Assembly (NCBI GenBank): GCA_913009335.1
Contig: CAJVXN010000005.1
Span: 110 to 64,109 of the forward strand
Direction of reading: 5' to 3'
Origin: an uncultured bacterium
GTDB taxonomy: Bacteria; Omnitrophota; Gorgyraeia; Ghiorseimicrobiales; Ghiorseimicrobiaceae
Length of the DNA: 64,000 bases
Part shown: one piece after another, positions 48,036 through 57,438 of the stretch
Numbering within the stretch: the first letter of the stretch is position 1
Layout: each line of letters starts with the position of its first letter
Position numbers and translations under genes: made by a program
Notes under the pieces: model-generated
Databases searched by the model: none
The model's input: the letters and a program-made list of their open reading frames with translations, nothing else
Told to the model about the DNA's origin: nothing

Positions 48036-48959
48036 ATGTCATTTGACGCAAGTAAGCCGACTTCGAATGGGCTTTTGATCAACGCTCCTCAGCAAATACG
48101 AAATAATTGGGACGCCATAGCGCTTGGCACAGACAGCGATTTACTTATTACTAACGCGAAAGTAGCCACTAACGCCGCTATCGCCGATAGCAAATTAGCG
48201 CAGATTACAACCGCTGCTAAAGTAAGCGGAACAGCTTTAACATTATTACCTAATATTCCTTCGGGAGCAGGAACACTTCCTCTTGCTAATATTCCGAGTA
48301 GTATACCTGATTCAAAATTAGCTCAAATTGCTACCGCGAGTAAAGTAAGCGGCGCGGCTATAACTTCATTGGCCAGCGTTCCTTCGGGGGCAGGAATACT
48401 TCCTGTTGCTAATGTTGACGTAGGGACAAGTGCTAATAAAATAGTGCAGCTTGACGCCTCGGCGAAACTCCCCGCGGTTGATGGAAGCCAGCTTACTAAT
48501 GTGGGAAGCTATTCCAATGTAATATTTAATTACGTTGGGGTATCCAATGTCGCTGCTAAATATGTAGGGACTATTTTAAATGCTTTAAATGGTGCTCAAA
48601 GTTATGATTACCTTTTCCGTGCGACTCTAGGCAAAGATGTTGTTATGACAGGAAAATGGAAAAAAATTGCTGGGATAAATACTGTTACGGCTGTTGCTAA
48701 AATGTGGAAAGGGGTTTACACTCCATATACTTACGAATGGGTAAAACTTTATGTTAAAATTGATACTATAGAAAATAATTTTGAAATACCTTACACTACC
48801 AATCAAACAAGCCCTACATGGATGTCGCCTATTACTTTAGATGTTTCAAGTTTAAGCAACGGAACAATCTATGATATTATTATATCTATGGAAAACGGAG
48901 CTATAAGTGCAGATTCGTGCAACTGTTATTGTAGTAATATTACTTTATTTGGTAGTTAA
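48036..48959 (+). CDS. tail fiber-like protein with internal duplicated about 40-aa segment
   Basis: IADSKLAQITTAAKVSGTALTLLPNIPSGAGTLPLANIP repeated as IPDSKLAQIATASKVSGAAITSLASVPSGAGILPVANV. Confidence 0.45.
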   Translation: MSFDASKPTSNGLLINAPQQIRNNWDAIALGTDSDLLITNAKVATNAAIADSKLAQITTAAKVSGTALTLLPNIPSGAGTLPLANIPSSIPDSKLAQIATASKVSGAAITSLASVPSGAGILPVANVDVGTSANKIVQLDASAKLPAVDGSQLTNVGSYSNVIFNYVGVSNVAAKYVGTILNALNGAQSYDYLFRATLGKDVVMTGKWKKIAGINTVTAVAKMWKGVYTPYTYEWVKLYVKIDTIENNFEIPYTTNQTSPTWMSPITLDVSSLSNGTIYDIIISMENGAISADSCNCYCSNITLFGS

Positions 48960-49017
48960 ACATTAATTTTAAATGATAATTTGATTTTTACTCTTAAACA
49001 TATAGATACAGGTTAAA

Positions 49018-49416
49018 ATGAAACTAAACAAAGAAGAATTACTCGTAGGATTTATTTACGGCTCAAGTACCTGGCCGCTGATTAACTGGTTAGCGGTTTT
49101 CCCGGGGATCATTTGCGCATTTCTCTGGGCGATAGGCGGAGCGGGGCCGAAATTAGTCAGGCGCCTCGGAGTTCCTATAGTGTTAGCGATAAGTCTATCC
49201 TTTACGAGTTTATGGCTTTTATTTAATATTCTGCCTCTCTGGGGAATAGTATCGATTGGTTACGGCATGCCGGATAAAACAGATAGCGGTTCGAAACTCG
49301 GAAGATTTTATTCAAAGTTCCTCCCAAAGTTAGCCGCGAATTGGGCGACAAGATTTACTATATTTGTTTTGTTTGTTGTTGTGATGATAATTAGTTTAGC
49401 GGTGTTGAAGAAATAG
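49018..49416 (+). CDS. integral membrane protein (3-4 TM)
   Basis: hydrophobic segments AVFPGIICAFLWAIGG, VPIVLAISLSFTSLWLLFNILPLWGIV, FTIFVLFVVVMIISLAVL. Confidence 0.45.
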   Translation: MKLNKEELLVGFIYGSSTWPLINWLAVFPGIICAFLWAIGGAGPKLVRRLGVPIVLAISLSFTSLWLLFNILPLWGIVSIGYGMPDKTDSGSKLGRFYSKFLPKLAANWATRFTIFVLFVVVMIISLAVLKK

Positions 49417-49443
49417 ATTACTGATAAATAATAAGGAATAAAT

Positions 49444-50949
49444 ATGACTGCATTAAGAGTTATAGATGATCATACGGAGTTTGCTAACATTGGCACTAAT
49501 ACGCATGCGCAGATAGATACTCATATAGCTGATGGGACATTACATTTTATAGAGGGTAGTATTGATCACGGCAGTATAAGCGGGCTTGGCGATGATGATC
49601 ATTCCCAATATCATAATGACACTAGAGGCGATGCAAGATATTATACTGAAACAGAGCTTGATGCCGGACAATTAGATACTAGATACTATACTGAGTCAGA
49701 AATAGATGCAAGTCTTTTGAATTATATATTAAAAGACGGTACCCGACCATTCACTGGCAATCAATCTTTCGGTGGAAATTCTATTACAAATGCTTTAAAT
49801 ACCAATTGGGATACCGCCTACACCCACTCCCAAGACAACACACAAGCCCATAGTGATTATCTTTTAAATACGACCGACACAATGAATGGTAATTTAACCA
49901 TTGACAATACAGCCACGGAAGCACTTTTAGTTCGTAAAAACGCAGACGCTGGTGATGTGTTTGCGGTAGATACAACCAATCAGAAAATTACAATAACAGG
50001 CGACCCAGCAGGTTCAAGAGTAAATATAATGGACATATATGGATATGGCGGACAAAAGTTTTTTCAGCTAACAACTGGCAATGGAGCGGATTTTCCCGAT
50101 AGAGTTTTTATAGGCAACAATTTTTCAGCCAACCCAGGTACGCAGACATTCGGAGTTTTTGCATCAGGTTCGGCTTCAAGTGCGTTTCAACTAACAAATA
50201 CTATGACATCTTCAGAAGTATTCAACGCCCAGACAATGCTTTTGAGTATGGATATAGCGAAGACAGATGGAATATTAGGAAATGTTATATCACAGAATAG
50301 TCTAATATTAAATGGTTTTGTGGATGAAACAGTTACACGAAATTTTGGAGGTACTTTAAACACATTCCAAATAAATCACGCAAACACCATAAATTTTACA
50401 AGTGATGCCTTTGGATATGAAAGTAAAATGTCAACAGGTTCAAGTTTTACAGGAGCAACTAAATTTGATGATTGGACTGATTTCTTGGTTAAAGCTGGTG
50501 GTTATAGTGGTGTAGCAGGAACTCTAACCTTTGGAAATAAGATAGGATTATATATTGAAAACAGTTTGGCGTTTGACGGAATTGATAATCTAATAGGTAT
50601 TAAGATAGACAAACTGACAACAGGAACCAATAACTATGGAATTATGCTGAATGGCGACGGAGCAGGAGCAGATATAGTTATGGGGGCAGGTAAAGACGCA
50701 AAGATTTATTACGATGGCACTGATTTAATTCTTGACCCTGATGTAGTAGGCACGGGAAAAGTTTTAATCGGAGCGACTGGGGATGATGATATGCTACTTA
50801 GTACGATAGAGATAGACGGCGACCTTAATCATGACGGAAGTAATGTAGGGTTTTATGGAACAGCTCCAGTAGTGCAGCAAACAGGGGTAGCTGTAACAGC
50901 GGTGGGAATTCATGCTGCTTTAGTAAATTTAGGTTTGATAACAGCATAG
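49444..50949 (+). CDS. tail fiber protein (putative)
   Basis: 501 aa, Gly/Thr/Asn-rich, N-terminal HTEFANIGTNTHAQIDTHIADGTLHF, position. Confidence 0.5.
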   Translation: MTALRVIDDHTEFANIGTNTHAQIDTHIADGTLHFIEGSIDHGSISGLGDDDHSQYHNDTRGDARYYTETELDAGQLDTRYYTESEIDASLLNYILKDGTRPFTGNQSFGGNSITNALNTNWDTAYTHSQDNTQAHSDYLLNTTDTMNGNLTIDNTATEALLVRKNADAGDVFAVDTTNQKITITGDPAGSRVNIMDIYGYGGQKFFQLTTGNGADFPDRVFIGNNFSANPGTQTFGVFASGSASSAFQLTNTMTSSEVFNAQTMLLSMDIAKTDGILGNVISQNSLILNGFVDETVTRNFGGTLNTFQINHANTINFTSDAFGYESKMSTGSSFTGATKFDDWTDFLVKAGGYSGVAGTLTFGNKIGLYIENSLAFDGIDNLIGIKIDKLTTGTNNYGIMLNGDGAGADIVMGAGKDAKIYYDGTDLILDPDVVGTGKVLIGATGDDDMLLSTIEIDGDLNHDGSNVGFYGTAPVVQQTGVAVTAVGIHAALVNLGLITA

Positions 50950-50960
50950 GAGAATAAATA

Positions 50961-51251
50961 ATGACAGATAGAATTATAAAAATAGCAGAAAATAATGTCG
51001 AATACACAGAAACAAAGATAATCAAAGACAAAGATGGCGTAGAATTTGAGGTGTGGAAAGAGCCGGAGAGTTATGGAGAAAGTAGGCTTAATGAAGAATT
51101 GACTGCCGCTAATAAAGCATTGACTGCCGCTAAGGCTTTTGACGCTAAGGTTTATAAGCAAAAGTTAATCAATAAAGCCCGGGCTCTTATATATAAATTG
51201 AATAATATCCAGGTTGAAATGAATACAGCAGTAATTGAGAAAATCAAATAA
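50961..51251 (+). CDS. hypothetical protein
   Basis: 96-aa ORF. Confidence 0.4.
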   Translation: MTDRIIKIAENNVEYTETKIIKDKDGVEFEVWKEPESYGESRLNEELTAANKALTAAKAFDAKVYKQKLINKARALIYKLNNIQVEMNTAVIEKIK

Positions 51252-51513
51252 GGAGGCTCAAGTGAGTGAAAAGACAGTAAAGAAGATAAGAAAAGAAGCA
51301 ACACTGAAAAATGTTACCCCGGATAATCTTGGTGGCAAGATAAAAGATAAGATTAAAGAACTAGAAAATAATAATAAAAGAGATGCAGAAAATCTTAATG
51401 GGCTAGGAAAACAAATTCAACAACTCCAGGATAACGCGGGTCAAATTCAAAAATCTATGATTAGCAGGAACGGAGCGATATTAGAATTAAATAAATTAAT
51501 CAAGGAAAAATAA
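51235..51513 (+). CDS. hypothetical coiled-coil protein
   Basis: 92-aa ORF; true start may be the GTG after AGGAGG at about 51261. Confidence 0.4.
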   Translation: MRKSNKEAQVSEKTVKKIRKEATLKNVTPDNLGGKIKDKIKELENNNKRDAENLNGLGKQIQQLQDNAGQIQKSMISRNGAILELNKLIKEK

Positions 51514-51514
51514 G

Positions 51515-52009
51515 ATGTCTATCGCATTATTAAAAACAGTTAATTTCGGGGCTTCGAAATCCGGGCTTGCGGCTGTCGGATATACTTTATTAAACACTGA
51601 TGAAAGCGAAAAGCAAGCGCGGACAACAACAGGAGTGTACGAACTCGGAACGAATACAGGACTGTATGCTTGCGATATAACCTTTGATGATGATTGGAAT
51701 GGGTCTATTTTATGGGATAGCGGGGAAGGATCTCCTGTATACGCGGCCGAGGAATATAACGACGAAGATGAAGTGAAAGCAATTAAAACAAAGACTGATA
51801 ATTTACCGGCTGATACAGATGGAACACTTACAACGTTGCAGGCCGATGTAACAATCATCAAGAAAATAGAAACAGGAAGATGGAAAATAGTTAATAATCA
51901 AATGATATTCTATGATGATGATGGAACTACACCGTTATATACGTTTAATCTGAAAAACGCGGATGGTGATCCTACGGAAGATTATCCACGAGAAAGGGTA
52001 ATTTCATGA
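51515..52009 (+). CDS. hypothetical protein
   Basis: 164-aa ORF. Confidence 0.45.
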   Translation: MSIALLKTVNFGASKSGLAAVGYTLLNTDESEKQARTTTGVYELGTNTGLYACDITFDDDWNGSILWDSGEGSPVYAAEEYNDEDEVKAIKTKTDNLPADTDGTLTTLQADVTIIKKIETGRWKIVNNQMIFYDDDGTTPLYTFNLKNADGDPTEDYPRERVIS

Positions 52010-52179
52010 GTTTATTGACTCGCGGATTAGGGACCCGGCTTTTAATCACAAGAGGATTAGGCGACGTATATTATTTTCTTTCTATGATAATTCTTTTTGA
52101 TAATGAAACAAAAGATTATAAATTTGTGAATGAAACACTTAATGAAATTTTAGATTTTTCTGATTAACAAGGAGGATTT

Positions 52180-52455
52180 ATGCCGCCCGGAGATAAATGC
52201 GATGGACATGATACTTGCATGGCAAGGTTTAATGAAGGATTACATAATATTGAAATGAAATACGCTGCCATAGAAGGCAGCATAGCTGGATTTACTAAAA
52301 GCACCAGTGATTTTGTTACAGCAATAAGAAAGGATATTTACAGTAAAGATGGTATAATGGATAGGACCGGCAATCATGGTATGCAGTTACTCTTGCAATG
52401 GGGAGTTTTAGCGGGATTACTCATTACAATTGTTGTAACATTTATAAAACAATAA
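52180..52455 (+). CDS. small protein with single C-terminal TM segment (lysis-cassette candidate)
   Basis: QLLLQWGVLAGLLITIVVTFI at C-terminus. Confidence 0.4.
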   Translation: MPPGDKCDGHDTCMARFNEGLHNIEMKYAAIEGSIAGFTKSTSDFVTAIRKDIYSKDGIMDRTGNHGMQLLLQWGVLAGLLITIVVTFIKQ

Positions 52456-52464
52456 GGAGGTAGC

Positions 52465-52680
52465 ATGCCTCGCAAAAAAAAAGAAATAGAATTAGACTCT
52501 AATGTTCAAATAGAGATTTTTACAAAAGTATTTTTAGAAATGATAGAAGTACCATCATTGCGGTGGAAATTAAAATCAATGATCGATTCTTTAGATAATG
52601 TAGATAACGCAGCATTGAATCTGAATTTAAGAAAATTAGAATTGGAAATAATAAAAGAAGGAGGTGATATAAATGACTGA
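52465..52680 (+). CDS. hypothetical small protein
   Basis: 71-aa ORF. Confidence 0.35.
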   Translation: MPRKKKEIELDSNVQIEIFTKVFLEMIEVPSLRWKLKSMIDSLDNVDNAALNLNLRKLELEIIKEGGDIND

Positions 52681-52852
52681 TTTTTTACGCGGGAAAAAGA
52701 GTTATATCGTCGCTTTTCTCTTAGCAGCGGTGGCTCTTGTGGAATTCTTGGCAAAAGGAGAATTTTCATTTGCAACGATAGCATTGTTTTTTAAAACCGA
52801 AGCTATAGCTGGCGCGATAGCAACAATCAGGGCAGGTGTATCAAAGTCTTGA
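52673..52852 (+). CDS. unlisted 59-aa membrane protein (holin or i-spanin-like candidate)
   Basis: ATG 52673 after AAGGAGGTGAT; MTDFLRGKKSYIVAFLLAAVALVEFLAKGEFSFATIALFFKTEAIAGAIATIRAGVSKS; below the 60-aa track cutoff. Confidence 0.4.
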   Translation: MTDFLRGKKSYIVAFLLAAVALVEFLAKGEFSFATIALFFKTEAIAGAIATIRAGVSKS

Positions 52853-52987
52853 CATCTTATTGCTTTTAGTGTAATGTATAGAAAGCGAGGTGTAATATAA
52901 TTAAAATAATAGGATCTGTATTTAAACTTTTTTTGTTATTCTTTTCTGCTAAGTTAGAAAAAGATAAACGAAAGAGAGAGAAGAAAG

Positions 52988-53215
52988 ATGAATTGCGAAA
53001 AGAACTTTCGTCTGCGATTACTTCCGGTGATGTTAGCCGCGTTAATGCTAGCATCAGCAGGATCAATAGGATGTAGTAGATCTATAGTTCTTTATCCTAT
53101 TACCGGGCAAGATATCGCTGTAATTAAAAAAGGCGAGCCAGCCTCTATTAACGGCTATATAATGAGTGAGTTTTACTTAAATGAGGTGTTACAGGCTAAG
53201 ATAGACAGTAAATAA
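52988..53215 (+). CDS. small lipoprotein (o-spanin-like candidate)
   Basis: signal peptide plus lipobox-like LMLASAGSIGCS. Confidence 0.45.
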   Translation: MNCEKNFRLRLLPVMLAALMLASAGSIGCSRSIVLYPITGQDIAVIKKGEPASINGYIMSEFYLNEVLQAKIDSK

Positions 53216-53228
53216 TTGATATATAGCT

Positions 53229-53266
53229 TAAAACGCCGTAGATTAGCTTCTACGGCGTTTTTTATT
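53229..53266. terminator. intrinsic terminator between convergent blocks
   Basis: aaaacgccgtag-attagctt-ctacggcgtttt followed by tttttatt; 12-bp stem. Confidence 0.7.
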
Positions 53267-53350
53267 AAGGCATATCCTAAGACCTTTCAAGGAAAATCGC
53301 GCTGGAATGGCTAATCTGGCAAGGATTATAAGGCTTAATTGCGGATATTA

Positions 53351-53524
53351 TGTATTTTTGAGCTTATTTTGCTTCATATCCTGCTTTTTCGCCTTTTTAA
53401 CGCAATCCCGGCAGATATATCCCTGAATTTCATTAGTTTTTTTATCCCGGACTATTAAAGGGAATTTTTTATTTGTTGCTTTTTTATTTTTCCCGCAGGC
53501 CCTACATTTTATTTTTGGTTTCAT
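53351..53524 (-). CDS. unlisted 57-aa basic zinc-ribbon protein
   Basis: ATGA stop/start overlap with YopX gene; MKPKIKCRACGKNKKATNKKFPLIVRDKKTNEIQGYICRDCVKKAKKQDMKQNKLKNT. Confidence 0.35.
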
Positions 53525-53886
53525 TTTAATAAATCTCCATTTTCAAATGCATTTCCGATTATTTCAAACTCTCCGTTTTCTAAGTAACCATCTTGATTTC
53601 CCTCATCATCACCACCAATAGCTTCAAGATAGAATCTCGCTCCTGAATCCCGCCACTCGATTATCCCTTTTTGTATTATTCCGCTATCATCTTTATAAAG
53701 ACAAATATCTTTGTGATATCCTTCTTTTCCATTCTTATCGAGAAGCCCTGTGAATTGGCAGGATAGTTCTTTTGCTAGTTCTATATTCATAGTTGTTGAT
53801 ATAGGTATTCCTGCAAAACCACTTTCTACATATCCCCAATAGTATGTTTGCCCATTATGTATAATTCTAAACTTAATTTCTTTCAT
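53521..53886 (-). CDS. YopX-family protein
   Basis: MKEIKFRIIHNGQTYYWGY ... GLLDKNGKEGYHKDI ... EIIGNAFENGDLL; start moved to the internal ATG with GGAGGG RBS. Confidence 0.7.
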   Translation of the reverse strand: MKEIKFRIIHNGQTYYWGYVESGFAGIPISTTMNIELAKELSCQFTGLLDKNGKEGYHKDICLYKDDSGIIQKGIIEWRDSGARFYLEAIGGDDEGNQDGYLENGEFEIIGNAFENGDLLK

Positions 53887-53894
53887 TCTCCCTC

Positions 53895-54152
53895 CTATAT
53901 TTTCTTTAACCATTTCGTGTCCGTACCTACACCATCAGTATTTGGTTTATACTCCCTTCTAAACATCGCTGCTTTCCTGCAATCGTAAAAGTGAGATTGC
54001 CATTGGCCATCATCATTCTGAATTATCGGCATTTTTTTAGCATTGCATGTCGTAGCCCAATAGATTCTTTTCCGGCAGCCTTTACAGCGAGATTTATCTA
54101 AATCGAAATCAACCCATACTTCCGCGCCGCCAGCTAGTTTTAATTTAATCAT
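53895..54152 (-). CDS. hypothetical Cys-containing protein
   Basis: 85-aa ORF, CKGCRKRIYWATTC. Confidence 0.4.
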   Translation of the reverse strand: MIKLKLAGGAEVWVDFDLDKSRCKGCRKRIYWATTCNAKKMPIIQNDDGQWQSHFYDCRKAAMFRREYKPNTDGVGTDTKWLKKI

Positions 54153-54230
54153 TATCTATCCTCTTAAAATTAATACTTAATACGATTATAGAGATAAATA
54201 CCAATGAGATAATAATACGAAAGTTCGTTG

Positions 54231-55703
54231 TCATTGCATTCTCCTTTTCGATATATCAACATATTCTTTTTTTAAATCATTCCCGATGTAATTACGGCCT
54301 AATTTTTTTGCCTCCGCGCATGTACTTCCCGTACCGCAGAATGGATCATAGACAATACCTTTTGGCGGACATGCAGCAAGGATAGGTGTTGTAATTAATC
54401 CTTCCGGGTAACTCGCGAAGTGTTTATCTCGAGATGGTTTTGTTGATATTGTCCAGACACAACGTTTAATCCTTCCCTTAGGATTAAATTTCCAAGTTTT
54501 AGAATGAGGATGCTTCCTTTTTTCATGCGCGGGATATGCTTCTCCGGGTACGCCGCCAAAAGAATGCTTCATCCTTTTTGCTGTTCCATCTTTGCATGGT
54601 TCATACTGCGTTTTGAAATAATAATTTTTATTTTGTGTAAAAAAAAGCAATACTTCATAGTCAACCGTGAAACGGTCTTTGATCGAGGAAGGCATGCAGT
54701 TTGTTTTATGCCATATAATTTTACTGCGGAGTATCCAACCACGACTTACCATTTCGATTGCGAATCTTTCCGGGATAAGTAAATCGCATTTAGGATTTGA
54801 ATATTTTAATACCGGTTTAGGTTCAGGCAATTCTATGTTGATATTTACTCTTTGATTTAATTTATGAATAATATTAAAAAGTATTTCTCTATATTTTAAG
54901 TTTTCCGGCTTAACAAATTTTCCATTCTTTTTTGCTTTAGTATTATTACATAAAGCGATGAGGATTTTAGCTTGTTGTTTTTTAATAAGTAAATCAGGAT
55001 AGATTATCTGTGCTAATATTCCTGCTTCTTGTCCTCTAACGCTCCAATCCCATACGCCTCTATTTTGTAATCCTACAGAACCTAAATTTGTTATAGAATG
55101 TGCTTTTTTAATCATTTGATCGTCAATCATACCTACAGATATATCTGCTTGATAACTTGGCACACAATGATCTCTTTTCTGTTTATGGATTTGTATAGAA
55201 CCTTCTCCATCTATAAGAGCAGCAAGCCATGATCTATCTTTGTCAGAAATCATTTGTGTTTCTACTCTGCCATAAGTCGTTCCCATATTCACCCATAATG
55301 ATCCTGTATCTTTAAGCGGCCTTTTTAACCTTGTAAATACATCGCAAAGATGCTTGACGTATAAATTGAAGTCCGGTTCTAATCCTAACGATCCGCGCCA
55401 TGCGCCGCATTTATTACAGAAATCAGAATACGTTGCCCTGTCTTTATAATCTACCGCAAAACTTCCTTCATTTCCTTTTTGCATTTTAGATTTACCGCCG
55501 GATTGATTCGGCCGATGTGTTCGATGTTCTATCCAATCATGTATACATCCGGGAAGTCCATCCCATATCTGCTTAGATAATCCATAATCTCGCAGCGCGA
55601 AATATGGCGGAGAAGTTATAGCACAATCAATTTTGTTTGCCGGCATTTCATCTAAAAATTCCCGACAATCGGTATGATGGATTTTATTTATTAGATTTTT
55701 CAT
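54231..55703 (-). CDS. DNA methyltransferase (beta-class N6-adenine/N4-cytosine) with LAGLIDADG-like insertion
   Basis: N-terminal motif IV CAITSPPYFALRDYG, C-terminal motif I DPFCGTGSTC, IIWHKTN block; inserted about 190-aa segment containing SWLAALIDGEGSI. Confidence 0.8.
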   Translation of the reverse strand: MKNLINKIHHTDCREFLDEMPANKIDCAITSPPYFALRDYGLSKQIWDGLPGCIHDWIEHRTHRPNQSGGKSKMQKGNEGSFAVDYKDRATYSDFCNKCGAWRGSLGLEPDFNLYVKHLCDVFTRLKRPLKDTGSLWVNMGTTYGRVETQMISDKDRSWLAALIDGEGSIQIHKQKRDHCVPSYQADISVGMIDDQMIKKAHSITNLGSVGLQNRGVWDWSVRGQEAGILAQIIYPDLLIKKQQAKILIALCNNTKAKKNGKFVKPENLKYREILFNIIHKLNQRVNINIELPEPKPVLKYSNPKCDLLIPERFAIEMVSRGWILRSKIIWHKTNCMPSSIKDRFTVDYEVLLFFTQNKNYYFKTQYEPCKDGTAKRMKHSFGGVPGEAYPAHEKRKHPHSKTWKFNPKGRIKRCVWTISTKPSRDKHFASYPEGLITTPILAACPPKGIVYDPFCGTGSTCAEAKKLGRNYIGNDLKKEYVDISKRRMQ

Positions 55704-56002
55704 AGAAATTTCTCCAAATATTTAAGCGGTTCTGATTCGAGTACCATTTGTTGTAGGTGATATTGCCAAGCAATAGGCTCATAAAAAGTTCCACAAATAT
55801 GACAATTATTAGTTATTCCTACCGTTCTTTCCTCTCCCCAGAAATGCTTTGCGAAATCGTGGGAAAAGATAACCCAATAATAATTTGATACATAAATACA
55901 GCCATACTTCTCCATATCTATTTTAATATCGTTTAGTGCGCCTTCGTGGGATTTAGCCTTCTCTATAGCTTTCTTTAATATCTCTTCGTTAGACATCCTC
56001 AA
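55700..56002 (-). CDS. hypothetical protein
   Basis: 100-aa ORF. Confidence 0.45.
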   Translation of the reverse strand: MRMSNEEILKKAIEKAKSHEGALNDIKIDMEKYGCIYVSNYYWVIFSHDFAKHFWGEERTVGITNNCHICGTFYEPIAWQYHLQQMVLESEPLKYLEKFL

Positions 56003-56300
56003 CCTCCTTTACATTTACGATCTTACCATTGAATGTTTTCAATATTTTTTTAACGTACTTATCCTGCGTTGCTTTGCGGTGAAGATACACCGGCGCGAGG
56101 CCTTTCCGGTCTTCTTTTGGTAATGCGGCCCAGGCTTCATCCATAGGTTTTTCGAATTTAGCATGGAAGTTTTGCTGTACCGTTTTCCAGCGTTTCGGGT
56201 CTTTTTTAAGCTCGGATTCATTCTTCACCATGTATATCAAGGCCTCTGTAAATCGTTTATATGCCTCTTTAAAAACTATTTTTTTATCTTTTTCATACAT
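55989..56300 (-). CDS. hypothetical protein
   Basis: 103-aa ORF. Confidence 0.45.
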   Translation of the reverse strand: MYEKDKKIVFKEAYKRFTEALIYMVKNESELKKDPKRWKTVQQNFHAKFEKPMDEAWAALPKEDRKGLAPVYLHRKATQDKYVKKILKTFNGKIVNVKEVEDV

Positions 56301-56363
56301 TTTAGATTTCTCCTATTTTTAGAAATTTGTTGTAAGTCGTTGTGAATAAACAATATTCATTTT

Positions 56364-56620
56364 ATACCGTTATATAGTGCTAAACGCGTTGATTATTGTT
56401 ATGTATCAAGGGGTTATAATATTAAACTAACGCGTTATACCGTTATTTCCATACGCGAAAATACTATTTTTTTTAAAATACAACTTTTTTTCTGGGAAAT
56501 CCTAAAGAGTAAAAAAATCATTATTATCTCCTTTGGCGTAACGATGTAACGCGTTAGTTTTTTGTTATAACTCATTGAAATTTCAACATAATCAACGCGT
56601 TTAGCACTATATAACGGTAT
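56364..56620. repeat. nested inverted repeat: perfect 33-bp outer arms (56364-56396 / 56588-56620), 14-bp inner arms, four AACGCGTT palindromes, AT-rich centre
   Basis: ataccgttatatagtgctaaacgcgttgattat and its exact reverse complement 191 bp apart; inner aaactaacgcgtta / taacgcgttagttt. Confidence 0.6.
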
Positions 56621-56915
56621 GGATCATTTTTCTTTGTGTAAATATATATTTATTTTTAACATAGCCTTCTTTCACAGCTAAAATTTTCTTTCTTCTTTCT
56701 TCTTTAATTTTTTTCAATAAAACGCGGCGTTTTTTAAAATATTGCAATATTCTTTTCCTATTTTTTTCTCTGTATTTTTGTTGGTATTCTTTTCGATTAT
56801 CTTTATGCTTTTGATAATATGAATCAATAGGAGTTTTACAGCCATTACATTTTTTACTTGCGATAGTTTTACATAGATATTCTTTTCTGCATTTTTGACA
56901 AATTTTTTTAAACAT
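56607..56915 (-). CDS. hypothetical basic zinc-ribbon protein
   Basis: CQKCRKEY...CNGCKT, then Lys/Arg-rich. Confidence 0.45.
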   Translation of the reverse strand: MFKKICQKCRKEYLCKTIASKKCNGCKTPIDSYYQKHKDNRKEYQQKYREKNRKRILQYFKKRRVLLKKIKEERRKKILAVKEGYVKNKYIFTQRKMIHTVI

Positions 56916-56919
56916 AAAA

Positions 56920-57438
56920 TTATCTTAATGTAAAAATTGCTGGTTGGTTTTTTCCACCTTTAACTTTTTTAATATATTCTATCTTATTAAGTTTAATTAA
57001 TTTAAGGACATATTTTTTTACTTTACAAAGTTTCCATCCTAACAACGCTATAATGTCTTTATATCTAAATTCTTGAAGATGGGATTTTTCTATATCATTA
57101 TAAAAATTATTAAATAGAATAGAAGAAACATATTTTTGGTTCTTTATTCTCGGTGTATAATAAATAACACCGGATAATAATTCTGTTAAGTTTTGTCTTC
57201 CTCGCGTTAATAAAGAATGATGATTAGGGCAAAGATTATATTCTTCTCCTCCTTCGTGATGAGTATCTATCGTTGCATTCCATCCACAAATAATACATTT
57301 ACGGTACTTTTTCTTATTCTTTTTTATTGAATTACGGCAGGTTTTTGAGCAAATATTATGACTTCTGAATTTAGATAAAAATATTTCCCCGCAAATACTA
57401 CATGTGTGTTTGTATGGAATTGATCCTTTTATCTTCAT
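56920..57438 (-). CDS. HNH endonuclease (putative)
   Basis: CIICGWNATIDTHHEGGEEYNLCPNHHSLL HNH-like motif plus N-terminal Cys pairs. Confidence 0.5.
   Translation of the reverse strand: MKIKGSIPYKHTCSICGEIFLSKFRSHNICSKTCRNSIKKNKKKYRKCIICGWNATIDTHHEGGEEYNLCPNHHSLLTRGRQNLTELLSGVIYYTPRIKNQKYVSSILFNNFYNDIEKSHLQEFRYKDIIALLGWKLCKVKKYVLKLIKLNKIEYIKKVKGGKNQPAIFTLR

Noticed and set aside
52180-52455. Calling 52180..52455 a holin
   Set aside because: It has only a single C-terminal TM segment and a large soluble N-terminal part. The topology does not match the standard holin classes, so it is left as a membrane-anchored protein of unknown role.
54713-55300. Intein in the DNA methyltransferase
   Set aside because: The LAGLIDADG-like motif is present, but there is no N-terminal Cys/Ser splice junction and no C-terminal HN-[CST]. 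The insert is too short for Hint plus endonuclease domains. It is treated as a domain insertion, not a splicing element.
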